A DNA stretch of 64,000 bases from an uncultured Gammaproteobacteria bacterium (GCA_964498425.1 CAZCGQ010000001.1:99063-163062), one strand, 5' to 3'. Counted from the first letter of the stretch, positions 30,707 to 41,767 are shown. Program-made: numbers and translations. The notes: generated by a model not told the origin, from the letters alone.

Positions 30707-30775
30707 AAGAATCAATTAAGCAGCTAACATTAATCTTTTATTCTACCCTATGTTCCAGGTTCTCAGCTCTAAGTT

Positions 30776-32368
30776 CTAATCCCTTTCAAAATTCCAAAAC
30801 CAATCCCATTCTGGCTCCTCAATTTCTTCAATATCCGACTCTTCCAACCTATATTCCCCATCATAATCTCCAACTTTCTGTGTTCCCTCAAAATATTTAT
30901 GAATTAACTTTTCATCAATTAAGTCCGCCGAATAAAACTTAACAAAGACCGTATTTTCTTCATCCTCTACTTCCTCAGATTTAACAAATACAACATACAA
31001 AGTATTTTCATAACCTTCCTTCCACCGCTCAAATGTCCAGTCAGTATATTCCCGGGAAAGCAAATCATACGCCTTTTTTAATTCTCCAGTTGTTTGATAA
31101 TTATAAAAAGCCCGAACACATTCAAGTGGACTTTCGTTCGGCTTAAATTCAATTTTCTCAACGTCAGCAACTGGGTCATCAGCCTTCCGCATTTCATCCC
31201 ACTTTTGATTAATTAGATCATTAGCAGATATCCCAAAACTCAATCCTTCTCGATACAACTGATTTACCCCATAAACTTTGCCGCAAATATCAATCATCGG
31301 ACCACCGCTCATTCCATGGCCTAGTTGGATATCCGTTTGTATCATCTTAGTTGGAAATCCCTCTGGTTGTCTAAGATCAATAAAATGTCCTTTATTAAAA
31401 GTTGCTTCACCGGGTACCGAAGTCCCCAAGGGATAACCAACAGCAATTAACTCATCTAAATTTTCTAGATTGTTAACATCACCAAATTCTAAACTTGGTA
31501 TATTCTCTAGGCCAGAGTCTACCTGAATAAGTGCCAAATCTGATTCCTTATCCGCAGCAATAACCTTCCCTTGCAAAGGGGTGTAGTCCGGCAAAACAAT
31601 CTTCGGTCTCATGTCTCTGGCAATAACATGATGATTCGTCACTACATAGGGATCAGCTATGAGAAATCTGTTTTTCTTAACAAGAAAACCTGAGCCTTCA
31701 ACATTCCTGCCAATAATTCTAACTACACTTTTTTTAACCTCTTCAACTGTTTCCTTTTCATCACAAAGAAGCCTGCTTTCCCCAATTGCCGTCTCAAGTC
31801 TAACCACCCTTTCCGTCAACTGCCAATTTCTCCAACCCAAAAAGCCAATTACTGCCACCAACAGCAACACCCCTAACTTTCGAAAATTCAAATTTATTTT
31901 TTTTCTTTGTCTCTTAGCTCCCAAATATACAAAGTCCTTTTCATCTTTCTTGCGCTCGATTCCTTCAAAAAACTTCCGAACCGGTTTAAATATCCTCAAA
32001 ATCCAAACCAAAAACTGAAATACAAAAAAAAACAAAAAATAATCACCGACTAAACCAATCCAAGTATTCCCTACATCAGCGCTCATCGCAAACCAAAGCA
32101 GAAAACCAAGTTGCCCAATAAAAAATATCAGCCGTGCAAAACGAGCCCTTTCCCCAATGTTTTTATAAATCAATTGGTAAAGAAAAAGAAAAGAAGGAAC
32201 AAAAAACAAAATACTTAAATATCCCAACCACTCAATCTCCAAAAACTCACTCGACACATACATTCCCACCCCAATCAAAAAAGCCCCAACAACAAAAACC
32301 TTATTACTAAAAATAACTTTGGACTTGGATATTAATCTATTACTTTCTCTCACTCCACTCTTCGGCAA
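30776..32368 (-). CDS. Membrane-anchored trypsin-like serine protease (S1/DegP-like)
   Basis: N-terminal multi-TM region; catalytic triad contexts TNHHVI (His), DLALIQVD (Asp), [11 protein letters not shown] (GxSGGP Ser). Confidence 0.75.
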   Translation of the reverse strand: MPKSGVRESNRLISKSKVIFSNKVFVVGAFLIGVGMYVSSEFLEIEWLGYLSILFFVPSFLFLYQLIYKNIGERARFARLIFFIGQLGFLLWFAMSADVGNTWIGLVGDYFLFFFVFQFLVWILRIFKPVRKFFEGIERKKDEKDFVYLGAKRQRKKINLNFRKLGVLLLVAVIGFLGWRNWQLTERVVRLETAIGESRLLCDEKETVEEVKKSVVRIIGRNVEGSGFLVKKNRFLIADPYVVTNHHVIARDMRPKIVLPDYTPLQGKVIAADKESDLALIQVDSGLENIPSLEFGDVNNLENLDELIAVGYPLGTSVPGEATFNKGHFIDLRQPEGFPTKMIQTDIQLGHGMSGGPMIDICGKVYGVNQLYREGLSFGISANDLINQKWDEMRKADDPVADVEKIEFKPNESPLECVRAFYNYQTTGELKKAYDLLSREYTDWTFERWKEGYENTLYVVFVKSEEVEDEENTVFVKFYSADLIDEKLIHKYFEGTQKVGDYDGEYRLEESDIEEIEEPEWDWFWNFERD

Positions 32369-35300
32369 ACAATTCAGCTTGATCTAACACAGTCTTGGTC
32401 GCCTTTTCTTGCTTGTCCGGTGGGTAATTATATTTTTTAAGCAATTTCTTAACATATATTCGCAATTTAGCCTGAACGTCTTTTCTCTTAGTCCAATCAA
32501 TGGTTGCATTTTTTTGGATTAAACCTAACAATTCTTTTGCCATCTCGCGTAATACCTCATTCCCTAACTCTCTTACAGCACTCTCGTTTTCTGCCAAAGC
32601 ATCATAGAAAGCAACCTCTTCTTCACTTAACCCTAATTCCTTACCCTTTTCCTGCTCTTTTTGGATTTCTTTTGCTAAAGATACTAATTCTGCAATTACT
32701 TCAGCTGAGGAAATTGTTCGATCCTGATATTTCTTAATTGTGTTTTCAAGCATTTCTAAAAATGTTTTTGAAGCGACAATATTTTTTCTTGACATTTCCT
32801 TTATACTGTCATTCAATAATTTTTTCAAAATCTCAAAAGCGAGATTTTTATGCTCCATATCTTGAACTTCCCTCAAAAACTCTTCACTTAAAATCCCGAT
32901 CTCTGGTTTTTCAATCCCAACTTCCTCATATATGTTAAGAACTTCATCTGAAACGATTGCATTGGAAAGTATTTGTTTTATGGCCGCATCGTAATCAGCT
33001 TCTGTTGGCCCTCCCTCTCCGTCATCCGGTTCTAATTTAATTATTCCGGCCTTTACCGCTTGAAAAAAGGCAACCTCCTCCCTTATTTTTAGTGCTTCTT
33101 CATGGGGTACAGCTATAGAAAATGCTTGACTCAATGCTGAGACCGCTTTTTTGTACCTTTCGGCACCATCTTCTAAGCTTAAGATAAAATCAATTGCCTC
33201 TGTTATAATTTCCGTCCGTCTACCCTCATCAACTTCAAAATATTCCATATATTCAAACCTGTGAAAAAGACTCTTTACAACTTCATATTTTTCCTTCAAT
33301 ACCTGAACCGCTTCGTTCTGCGGTACACCAGTAAGCTTCCGGTCTTCTTTAGTGTAATAGGATAATGCTTTTTGTAATTCACTAGCAATTCCAAGATAAT
33401 CAACAATCAGTCCTGCTTGTTTATCCTTGTAAACTCGATTAACCCGAGCAATTGCCTGCATTAAAGAATGTCCATTCATTGGCTTATCAACATACATCGT
33501 ATGCAAAGAAGGAACATCAAACCCCGTTAACCACATGTCACAAACTATTGCTAATTTTAATTCATCATCAGGGTTCTTCATCCGCTCAGCCAGTCTATCT
33601 CGCCCCCTTTTGTTTCTAATATGAGGCTGATATTCTTGAGGATCACTTGCCGACCCAGACATAACTACCTTTATTTTTCCTTCATCTAACTTATCACTAT
33701 GCCAGTCGGGTCGTAATTTTGTGATTTGAGTATAAACATCTACAGCAATTCTTCTACTCATCGTTACAATTAGCCCTTTGCCCTCGATAACGTTCAAACG
33801 TTCTTCAAAATGACTAACAATATCCTTGGCTACTAAACACAGCCGTTTCTCAGAGCCAACCATTTTTTCCAAACGAGCCCATCTAGCCTTTATTCTTTCC
33901 TTTCTTGTTGATTCTTCACCTGCAGTAATGTCTTCAAACTCCCGATTTATCCTCTTGCTTTCTTTTGCATCTAATCCTATTCGGGCAAGCCGGGCCTCGT
34001 AATAAATAGGAACGGTTGCTTCGTCCTGGACCGCCCGCGAAATATCATAAGTATCGATTACATCTCCAAAAACAGCAACTGTATTCTTATCTTTTAAAGC
34101 AATCGGCGTCGCTGTAAAACCAATAAAAGATGCATTAGGCAAAGCATCACGAATATATTTTGCATAACCATATTTAACTGTTCCATTTTCTAACTTAGCC
34201 TGAAATCCATACTGACTTCGGTGAGCTTCATCAGCAATGACAACAATGTTTCTTCTCTCTGAAATAGTTGGAAATTTAGTCTTATCATCTTCTGGTAAAA
34301 ATTTTTGTACGGTTGTAAAAATAACACCACCTGAAGCAACATCTAATTTCTCTTTTAAATCTTCCCTGCTTTGGACTTGCTTTGGACTCTGACGAAGCAA
34401 ATTCTTTGACTTAACAAATGTGTTAAAAAGTTGATCATCCAAATCATTTCGGTCAGTAATTACAACCACAGTTGGATTATTTAATTCCTTAATCAACTTG
34501 CCAGCAAAAAAAGTCATCGTTAAACTCTTACCACTTCCTTGGGTGTGCCAAATTACTCCAATTCGCTGATCACCCTTTTCATCTGTAGCCTCTCTTGCTT
34601 TTTCCAAAGCTTTATTTGTTGCGAAATATTGATGATAACCAGATACTATTTTCTTGATATTACCTCTGTCATCATGAAACGTAACAAAATTAGTAACTAA
34701 ATCCAGTAATCTGTCTTGGTCAAAAATTCCTTTAACTAAAACTTTGGTTTCATTATGCGATCTCGGGGCAATTACCTTACCGTCAATACTTCGCCATTTT
34801 AAAAACCATTCCCAAGGTGAAGTAATAGTTCCACATCTTGCCTGAACTCCATCGCTAATAACTAACAACTCATTGTAAGCAAACAAAGAGGGTACTTCTC
34901 TTTTATAAGTTCTAAACTGCCGAAATGCATGTTTAATGGTTGCTCTTTCTTTAGCTGGATTTTTTAATTCAAAAACTGCTAAAGGTAAACCGTTAACAAA
35001 AACAACCACGTCAGGGACACGATTATTTTGACCTTCAATAATCCGAAACTGGTTAACTGCCAACCAATCGTTATTTGCAGAATCCTGCCTATCAATTAGC
35101 CAAACTTTATCACCCTGTATTCTTCCATCCTCAACCTTATATTCAACGTCGACACCGTTAATCAGCATATCATGAAAAATTTCGTTGTTAGTTTCTAACT
35201 TTGGACTACGGTTAGGAACATTTAAAACTTTCCGCAATGCTTCTATTCTAGCCGACTCAGGAACTTCTGGATTTAACCTGTTAATTGCTCTTTCTAACCG

Positions 35301-35468
35301 CTTTTCCAAAACCACATCGTCATAAGTCATACGCTCAAACGGATCAAACCTACCATTTGTTTCCGTCACCGGCTCCGGACTAATATCCGGCCCAAACATT
35401 GTTTGGTACCCTAATTTCTCGAGCCAACCTAAAACTGCTTTTTCCAGTGATGATTCTTTATATTTCAT
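32340..35468 (-). CDS. hsdR: Type I restriction enzyme R subunit
   Basis: HsdR_N hallmark [19 protein letters not shown]; helicase motif [12 protein letters not shown]; motif [12 protein letters not shown]; 1042 aa. Confidence 0.93.
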   Translation of the reverse strand: MKYKESSLEKAVLGWLEKLGYQTMFGPDISPEPVTETNGRFDPFERMTYDDVVLEKRLERAINRLNPEVPESARIEALRKVLNVPNRSPKLETNNEIFHDMLINGVDVEYKVEDGRIQGDKVWLIDRQDSANNDWLAVNQFRIIEGQNNRVPDVVVFVNGLPLAVFELKNPAKERATIKHAFRQFRTYKREVPSLFAYNELLVISDGVQARCGTITSPWEWFLKWRSIDGKVIAPRSHNETKVLVKGIFDQDRLLDLVTNFVTFHDDRGNIKKIVSGYHQYFATNKALEKAREATDEKGDQRIGVIWHTQGSGKSLTMTFFAGKLIKELNNPTVVVITDRNDLDDQLFNTFVKSKNLLRQSPKQVQSREDLKEKLDVASGGVIFTTVQKFLPEDDKTKFPTISERRNIVVIADEAHRSQYGFQAKLENGTVKYGYAKYIRDALPNASFIGFTATPIALKDKNTVAVFGDVIDTYDISRAVQDEATVPIYYEARLARIGLDAKESKRINREFEDITAGEESTRKERIKARWARLEKMVGSEKRLCLVAKDIVSHFEERLNVIEGKGLIVTMSRRIAVDVYTQITKLRPDWHSDKLDEGKIKVVMSGSASDPQEYQPHIRNKRGRDRLAERMKNPDDELKLAIVCDMWLTGFDVPSLHTMYVDKPMNGHSLMQAIARVNRVYKDKQAGLIVDYLGIASELQKALSYYTKEDRKLTGVPQNEAVQVLKEKYEVVKSLFHRFEYMEYFEVDEGRRTEIITEAIDFILSLEDGAERYKKAVSALSQAFSIAVPHEEALKIREEVAFFQAVKAGIIKLEPDDGEGGPTEADYDAAIKQILSNAIVSDEVLNIYEEVGIEKPEIGILSEEFLREVQDMEHKNLAFEILKKLLNDSIKEMSRKNIVASKTFLEMLENTIKKYQDRTISSAEVIAELVSLAKEIQKEQEKGKELGLSEEEVAFYDALAENESAVRELGNEVLREMAKELLGLIQKNATIDWTKRKDVQAKLRIYVKKLLKKYNYPPDKQEKATKTVLDQAELFAEEWSERK

Positions 35469-36228
35469 TAAGATTTTTTAAGAAGTTTATAAAAGTCCTG
35501 AAACGTAATACTTTTTCGCTGTCCAAAACATCATTAATTACATCTTTATTCATTTTTTCCCCAAATTTTTCGGCAAAGTGAGTCTCCCTATAATTTTTAC
35601 CTAAAAGCCTAGAATGTATTTTTTCTAATTGATTTTTGGGCTTAATAAAATACTTTTCAGGATCTATTTTTGACAAATCACATTCAAGTACGCTATTTAT
35701 CGCTTCTTCCTCCATCCCTAATTTAAGAAGTATTTTAGGCATAGACAAATACCATGCTTCTAGCTCCATCACAGAGTAATAAATTGAAACTTTATTACCA
35801 TCGATGGTTTTGCAAACTCGCTTTGCTTCTTTTTCAAAATCTTCTATAACATTATTATCTATCTCATCGCCAGCTAGATCACAATAATCTTCACTATATA
35901 TATCTCTTAAACCACATATGTAGTCTTTCTGGCCCCTAACCAAATCATCATTTGTAGTAGATAAAAACTTATTACCATACTTCTTTATCCAACTCAAAAC
36001 CTTTTTATCACCTCCAACATTATGCAAAACGATGTTCAACTCAACTTCATCTAAATTACTACCATTTTTTGAGGGAAAATCACGATAGGCCTTTCTGTAG
36101 GGATTATCCGAGAAAAACTCAATGCATTTTATTTTAACTTTCTGTGAATCATAATTATAAAGAACTAAAATTAACTTATAAACAAATATAAGTTCCGACA
36201 TACCTTCAACAACTATATATACTTTCAT
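35458..36228 (-). CDS. Toprim-like (DUF4276/DUF4435-like, OLD-family type) protein, partner of the upstream ABC ATPase
   Basis: N-terminal [15 protein letters not shown] (hhhVEGxxE, Toprim beta1 Glu) and acidic cluster [12 protein letters not shown]. 256 aa. 23 nt downstream of the ATPase gene and overlapping the hsdR start. Confidence 0.5.
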   Translation of the reverse strand: MKVYIVVEGMSELIFVYKLILVLYNYDSQKVKIKCIEFFSDNPYRKAYRDFPSKNGSNLDEVELNIVLHNVGGDKKVLSWIKKYGNKFLSTTNDDLVRGQKDYICGLRDIYSEDYCDLAGDEIDNNVIEDFEKEAKRVCKTIDGNKVSIYYSVMELEAWYLSMPKILLKLGMEEEAINSVLECDLSKIDPEKYFIKPKNQLEKIHSRLLGKNYRETHFAEKFGEKMNKDVINDVLDSEKVLRFRTFINFLKNLNEI

Positions 36229-36251
36229 TTACTTTTTAAAAAATAAAAACT

Positions 36252-37370
36252 TCATTTAAGTTGCGAAAGCAGATCTGACGAAAAAACGTCAAAATTCGAT
36301 AAGCCTGTTTTCTTAAAATTATCAAAGACTTTTTTATTAGTTTTATAATTATAAGCTTTAACCTCATAGTTTTTTCTACTTAAAATATTCCAATACTTGA
36401 CATTAACTGCATTCATTAGAACCTCGTCATTCGTTGTTGCAATAAGTTGAACATTATTCTTCTTAGTTCTTTGAACGATTAGATGGGAGAGCTTTCTCGC
36501 TCTTTCATAATCTAAACCCTCACAAAGATCATCAATGATTAAGGTCGAAAAATTATTTGTACTTATCACTTGATGTAAAATAACTAAAATAGAAAAAGCT
36601 CTATACATGCCATCGGAAATTGACATTTGCTCTATTGGTTTAGGAATTCCTTCTTCTTTAAAAATTAGATATTTACCAGACTTAATAACATTATTAATTA
36701 TTAAGTCAATTTTTTTTGTTGTTACATCTTTTAAGTCATAACCTACACTATTAAAATCGTCTATAATCATTCTTTGCTTGGATTTAGATAACCCAGAAAA
36801 AATAAGTGGAACTATATTTAAACCCCTGAGTTCCGCTAATTCATCCCGCTCATCAGTACTTATATCAGTAGGTCTATTAAACCCAAAATATATTCCTCTC
36901 ACAGATTCAGCCCAGTTTACAAGAGACTCTAGAAAAGGAAACTCTTTTGTATCTCGCCTGACATGTAATACTAATTTGTTTTTAGGAGGATTCAACTTCA
37001 CTTGATCAGGTTTATTTTTTAGCTTGGAAGCCATTTGTGCCTTAGTATCAGACCGCAAAAGTTTCTTTTCATTATTTAAAACTAATTTTTCCTCAATTAC
37101 TTCGTGATCTTTTACCCTTAAGCAATATTTAAGCTTGTCGTTTGTATCTTCATCATGAAATAAAGCCTGCCAATGACCATTTAATACCCCTCTTTTTTCA
37201 GTAATAACATATGCCAAATTCCACACAACACGAACAGTTCTGGTCTTCCCAGTCGCATTTTTACCAACGATTAGATTTATATTTGAGAGATTAAGATTAT
37301 CTAATGCCCAAGGATTTTTTGAATCGTTAGTATGCTCTTTATATTTTATTGAGGTTAATTTAAATGCCAT
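36252..37370 (-). CDS. ABC-type AAA ATPase (AAA_21/AAA_15-like)
   Basis: Walker A LIVGKNATGKT; signature-like MSISDGMYRAFSIL; Walker B STLIIDDLCEGLD; H-loop region LIATTNDEV. 372 aa. Confidence 0.7.
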   Translation of the reverse strand: MAFKLTSIKYKEHTNDSKNPWALDNLNLSNINLIVGKNATGKTRTVRVVWNLAYVITEKRGVLNGHWQALFHDEDTNDKLKYCLRVKDHEVIEEKLVLNNEKKLLRSDTKAQMASKLKNKPDQVKLNPPKNKLVLHVRRDTKEFPFLESLVNWAESVRGIYFGFNRPTDISTDERDELAELRGLNIVPLIFSGLSKSKQRMIIDDFNSVGYDLKDVTTKKIDLIINNVIKSGKYLIFKEEGIPKPIEQMSISDGMYRAFSILVILHQVISTNNFSTLIIDDLCEGLDYERARKLSHLIVQRTKKNNVQLIATTNDEVLMNAVNVKYWNILSRKNYEVKAYNYKTNKKVFDNFKKTGLSNFDVFSSDLLSQLK

Positions 37371-37400
37371 TTCATTTCCTAATTAACATTATACACAATA

Positions 37401-38651
37401 TTAACTTTTAATTCTTATCCTCCCACTCATTAATCTCGGCAAAAGTAAATCGCGGATTTTATTCAAGTTTCGGGTTTCTTTAACATTTTTAGTTATATTA
37501 ATACGTAGTTGGTTAACAGTCTCTGTAAAATGTCTAACTATATTAGGCGATGGTATTAGCAAATCAAAGCTTCTTATTTCTGTGGCATTTATACTTTTCC
37601 TTGTTGTTCCAGTGCTAGCTCCAGATACAAAAGTTTGAAATATAGGTGAATTTAAATAGTAAAAAAGAAAATAAGCCGTTGTTATGCTTGGCTCTTTCAT
37701 TTTAAGTCTAATTAAGTAGGATGCAAAAACAGCATCCTCACTGTCATTATCAATGATAGCAACTTTTCCTGGATCAGCCATCCTTGCAATGACAATATCA
37801 CCTTTCTTGAGCTTGTATTTTTCCAAGCCAGCGTTATCTATTTCACAAAACGGTACAGCATCCCATAGTATCCAATCGCTTTTATTTATATCCGTTACCC
37901 TTAAAAAGTGCGGGCCCACCTCTTGTTCACAAGCGGATTGGGTGTAACCGTACTGTGTATTTGCCACATCACCTATTTCTTTTACTTTCCAGTTTTCCGG
38001 AATTTCACCAAGCTCTGTATCTTTCAAGATACCTCCACCCGATTTAAAAGGTTCACCTTCCAAATCAAATTCATTTTTTTCAAAATTCCAAGGGAATTCA
38101 AAATCAATAAACCAATGTTTAAATATTGCTTTTCCAATTTCCTCTAAGGTTTTATTTGTCTTTTTATTTAATTTGATTTTGTCATCAAGGGAGGAAAGAA
38201 TAGAAATGATTTGTTTAATTTCTGCGTCTCGTGGAATTAATAAACTAATTTTTTTGACATCTGATTGCCTTATAAGTGGTTGTGTACTTCCTGCATTTAA
38301 AGAGGTAAAATCAAATAATTGTAAGCAATAATAAAGATATTTCAACCTGTCCGTATCGCTACACTTAAAATATAAAACGTTATCAGAGGGCCAACATTTT
38401 TCCTCTTTAAAGTAAATCTCACCAAGTGTTCCGACTCTTCCAATCAATACAGATGGACCACTTATTAAATAGTCATCCAATTTCCCTAGGACTCCATTAG
38501 CTCCTAATACTGGAAATTGACCCTCTTTTTTTCTCTTCGAAGCAGGTAAATATTTTCCAGAAGCAATATTGAACACTTCACCTAATTCCTTGAATTCCCA
38601 GCCTTTTGGGACTTCATCCGTTTGTAATTGATTCCTTTTTCTTTTATTCAT
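37401..38651 (-). CDS. hsdS: Type I restriction-modification specificity subunit
   Basis: Two target-recognition-domain halves with conserved spacer; N-terminus KGWEFKELGEVFNIASGKYLP... is typical of HsdS. Confidence 0.85.
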   Translation of the reverse strand: MNKRKRNQLQTDEVPKGWEFKELGEVFNIASGKYLPASKRKKEGQFPVLGANGVLGKLDDYLISGPSVLIGRVGTLGEIYFKEEKCWPSDNVLYFKCSDTDRLKYLYYCLQLFDFTSLNAGSTQPLIRQSDVKKISLLIPRDAEIKQIISILSSLDDKIKLNKKTNKTLEEIGKAIFKHWFIDFEFPWNFEKNEFDLEGEPFKSGGGILKDTELGEIPENWKVKEIGDVANTQYGYTQSACEQEVGPHFLRVTDINKSDWILWDAVPFCEIDNAGLEKYKLKKGDIVIARMADPGKVAIIDNDSEDAVFASYLIRLKMKEPSITTAYFLFYYLNSPIFQTFVSGASTGTTRKSINATEIRSFDLLIPSPNIVRHFTETVNQLRINITKNVKETRNLNKIRDLLLPRLMSGRIRIKS

Positions 38652-38980
38652 TTACTTAAAATATTAAATACTTGTAATAAGAAACTAATAGTAATTAAAA
38701 GCATTCCCAAGTTCCCTAACTGTTTGTACTTTAATGCTTTCTTTTTTTCTTCTTCATCAATTTGTTCTAGTATGAGATGCTGATGTCCCTCTGTATCTAA
38801 TTTGGGAGAAAGTCCAAAAAAGAATAACAACAAGGAGCCAATAAAACCTAAAATTGCACTCCAAAAATCAAGGTTTTTCATTAATTCTAATACCAAATTA
38901 AAATTAATAAATACTTTCAAAGCTTCTTTATTATTTTTAAGAACCATTACTTTCATTTGTCTACTTTCCCGTAAATCCAT
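38648..38980 (-). CDS. Small two-TM membrane protein inside the R-M operon
   Basis: 110 aa; TM1 FWSAILGFIGSLLLFFFGL, TM2 LGMLLITISFLLQVFNIL. Its stop overlaps the hsdS start. Confidence 0.5.
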   Translation of the reverse strand: MDLRESRQMKVMVLKNNKEALKVFINFNLVLELMKNLDFWSAILGFIGSLLLFFFGLSPKLDTEGHQHLILEQIDEEEKKKALKYKQLGNLGMLLITISFLLQVFNILSK

Positions 38981-39672
38981 CTATACAAAGACATCAATAA
39001 CGGCCAAAAAACAAAAACAATTAAAAACCACACAATCAACCAAGGAATTTTTAATACTTCTACGTATGAAGATATGTCTACTAAAACAATTGGCTTATGC
39101 AAAATGCTAACTTGACCCAATTGCATAATTCCAAGAAAAGCTAATAACCATAGGGTGTCTATTGGCCAAGAATACCGATAGCTATTCCAAAAAGCTAAAA
39201 CAGGTTTTTTATTGTGTATCTCATGAAGCACTTCACCAATTAACAGGCCTTCTTCTGTTGGCCTGTAATCCCATTTTTTGTTATCTCCAAAGGCACTACT
39301 TTTAAAAGCATGTGTTTCCCTGTCTAAAAGTTCTAGCCCTTTTATTACTTTTTCCTTCGCCTCTTCGCCTTTTTTTTCATCGACTCTTTCTACTACCTCT
39401 ATATAACCACGCCAAAAAAGGTTAGATATTATGTGATTAAGTTCGTTTTCATCTTTTTTAGACTTAAATTGTGTAGTTTCTTCTATCCATTTTTTAAAAT
39501 TCTTTCTACTGACAAAATTAGATAAATGTTGATGTCCTTTACCATAAGCTGTTTGTAAAAAAGCAGCTTCATACTTCCACAGATGTTTGTATTTAGAAAT
39601 ACCTTGTTCATCTCTTATTTGCTGGTAAATGTTTAGCTTCTTTAGAAATCTTGATGGAAAATTCAAATTCAT
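38953..39672 (-). CDS. Hypothetical protein with soluble N-domain and two C-terminal TM helices, inside the R-M operon
   Basis: 239 aa; C-terminal hydrophobic helices PIDTLWLLAFLGIMQLGQVSIL and IPWLIVWFLIVFVFWPLLMSLY. Confidence 0.5.
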   Translation of the reverse strand: MNLNFPSRFLKKLNIYQQIRDEQGISKYKHLWKYEAAFLQTAYGKGHQHLSNFVSRKNFKKWIEETTQFKSKKDENELNHIISNLFWRGYIEVVERVDEKKGEEAKEKVIKGLELLDRETHAFKSSAFGDNKKWDYRPTEEGLLIGEVLHEIHNKKPVLAFWNSYRYSWPIDTLWLLAFLGIMQLGQVSILHKPIVLVDISSYVEVLKIPWLIVWFLIVFVFWPLLMSLYRWIYGKVDK

Positions 39673-39702
39673 ATTTTAAACCTCTTTATTTTAATTGTGT
39701 TT

Positions 39703-40137
39703 TCATTGGATATTTTTTTCGTATTCTTGGTTTGCTAAAATATCTACTCTTTTTGCTAAATCTGCCGTTCTGGGATGATGAAAATATTCAACTTTTTTAT
39801 ATCTTAATTCAAACGATTTTGCCTTGTCATAAAGAGGTTTAATGTGGTCTTTTCTCATTCTATATTCACCAGTCATCCATTTAATTACTAATTCACTATC
39901 CATCCATACTTCAACTTCACGTCTCGTGTGTTCTGTTGCCTTATCTAAGGCATAGATTAATCCACTGAATTCAGCCTGGGGAACAGTCATTTCACCCAAA
40001 AATTTAGAATATTCATGTTCATTTCCTGCCTCATCAATAAAAAGTACCCCACACGCAGATTTCCCTCTACCGCGCCTGCCTTTAATATGAGCATTTGGAA
40101 TTTTACAACAAGAATCAACTATAATTTTGAATGTCAT
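39703..40137 (-). CDS. RNase HI-like (RNase H type 1 fold) protein
   Basis: Four catalytic carboxylate contexts in order: IVDSC (Asp), QAEFSG (Glu), WMDSELV (Asp), TADLAKRVD (Asp). 144 aa. The start overlaps the hsdM stop (ATGA). Confidence 0.65.
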   Translation of the reverse strand: MTFKIIVDSCCKIPNAHIKGRRGRGKSACGVLFIDEAGNEHEYSKFLGEMTVPQAEFSGLIYALDKATEHTRREVEVWMDSELVIKWMTGEYRMRKDHIKPLYDKAKSFELRYKKVEYFHHPRTADLAKRVDILANQEYEKNIQ

Positions 40138-41690
40138 ATCTCAAATCCTACTTTTTTCAAATTTTCTTTTATCTTTTTTTCTAATTTTTTTGATTCTTGA
40201 AATTGTTCAGAGAGTTCGGAGGTGAGGCGGGTCATTTTTTCTTCAAACTCTTCATCGTCAATAATGTCAATTTCAATTCCAACATAACGACCGGGGGTAA
40301 GAACGCAATTGTTCTTTTCTACTTCTTCCAGCGTCGCGGATTTGCAAAAGCCTTTTGTATCTTCGTAATCGCCACCTTTTTCTTTCCACTCGTGATAAGT
40401 ATTGGCAATTTTGTCAATTTCTTCCTCGGTTAATTCGCGGTGGCGGCTATCAATCATTTCCCCCATATCCCGAGCATCAACAAATAGAATTTCATTTCGC
40501 CTCTCTCTGTCATCATTACTCTGTTTATGCCTTGATAAAAACCATAAAGTACAAGGAATGGCTACGTTATAGAAGAGTTTATCCGGCATAGCAACAATAC
40601 AATCTACCAAATGGTCTTCGATTATTGCCTTCCTAATTTCCCCTTCATTTGAAGTTTGTGACGCAAGGGATCCATTTGCCATTACAAATCCAGTGATTCC
40701 TTTTGGGCTTAAATGATGAATGAAATGCTGAATCCAAGCATAATTAGCATTACCGGTAGGCGGCGTTCCATATTTCCACCGGACATCATTTTTAAGTTTT
40801 TCCCCTCCCCAATCACTGATATTAAAAGGCGGATTAGCTAAAATATAATCAGCCTTCAAATCAGGATGCAAGTCATTATGAAAGCTGTCACCGGGTTCCC
40901 CACCTAAATCACCTTCAATGCCGCGAATTGCCAAATTCATTTTGCATAACTTCCATGTGGTTGGGTTAGATTCCTGGCCGTAAATTGAAATATCCTGTAT
41001 TTTTCCGCCATGCTCTTCAACAAACTTTTTGCTTTGAACAAACATTCCACCACTCCCACAACAAGGATCATAAACCCGCCCCTGATATGGCTCAATCATT
41101 TCTACTAGTAAGCGAACAATGCAAGTGGGCGTAAAAAATTCACCGCCCCCCTTACCTTCCTGGCTAGCAAATTTGCCGATGAAATATTCATAGACACGAC
41201 CAAAAACATCTTGTGATTCTTCCTTGTTACCCTCCATGTTAATACCGCTAATTAAATCCACTAACTCTCCCAGTACTGTTTTATCCAATTCCTCTCGACT
41301 GTAGCGCTTAGGAAGTACACCTTTTAATGTTTGATTCTCTTTTTCAATTGCGATCATTGCATCATCGATAATTTTGCCAATCTGCGGATCCTTGGCATTT
41401 TCCCTGATATATTGCCATCTGGCCTCTTTTGGCACCCAAAATACATTATGCATACTAAAAGCATCTTTATCTTCCACAAAGCCTTTTCCCAATTCCGGGT
41501 CTTTTTTAATCTCTTTCATCCGGTTTTCAAAAGAATCTGAAATGTATTTCAGGAACAATAGTCCCAAAAAAACATGTTTGTATTGGGATGGATCCATATT
41601 ATTCCGCATTTTGTCGGCAGCCTTCCAAATCTCTTTCTCAAAACCCAATTTAGCTGAAGAATTATTTCTCGACATATTTAATTTTACCAT
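40134..41690 (-). CDS. hsdM: Type I restriction-modification DNA methyltransferase subunit
   Basis: HsdM N-terminal EKEIWKAADKMRNNMDPSQYKHVFLGLLFLKYISD; SAM motif DPCCGSGGMF; catalytic LANPPFN (NPPF). An alternative ATG lies at 41675. Confidence 0.93.
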   Translation of the reverse strand: MVKLNMSRNNSSAKLGFEKEIWKAADKMRNNMDPSQYKHVFLGLLFLKYISDSFENRMKEIKKDPELGKGFVEDKDAFSMHNVFWVPKEARWQYIRENAKDPQIGKIIDDAMIAIEKENQTLKGVLPKRYSREELDKTVLGELVDLISGINMEGNKEESQDVFGRVYEYFIGKFASQEGKGGGEFFTPTCIVRLLVEMIEPYQGRVYDPCCGSGGMFVQSKKFVEEHGGKIQDISIYGQESNPTTWKLCKMNLAIRGIEGDLGGEPGDSFHNDLHPDLKADYILANPPFNISDWGGEKLKNDVRWKYGTPPTGNANYAWIQHFIHHLSPKGITGFVMANGSLASQTSNEGEIRKAIIEDHLVDCIVAMPDKLFYNVAIPCTLWFLSRHKQSNDDRERRNEILFVDARDMGEMIDSRHRELTEEEIDKIANTYHEWKEKGGDYEDTKGFCKSATLEEVEKNNCVLTPGRYVGIEIDIIDDEEFEEKMTRLTSELSEQFQESKKLEKKIKENLKKVGFEI

Positions 41691-41730
41691 TTAATTCGTG
41701 GGGGCTAAAGGGTAAGGCGGTTAAAAATTA

Positions 41731-41759
41731 TTTAATTTTGAAAATAATTATCTTATAAT
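41731..41759 (+). promoter_or_regulatory. Candidate sigma70-like promoter, leaderless, for the 41768 gene
   Basis: TTTAAT-N17-TATAAT. The -10 ends 8 nt before the ATG at 41768, implying a leaderless transcript. Read by eye. Confidence 0.3.
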
Positions 41760-41767
41760 AACTCGAA

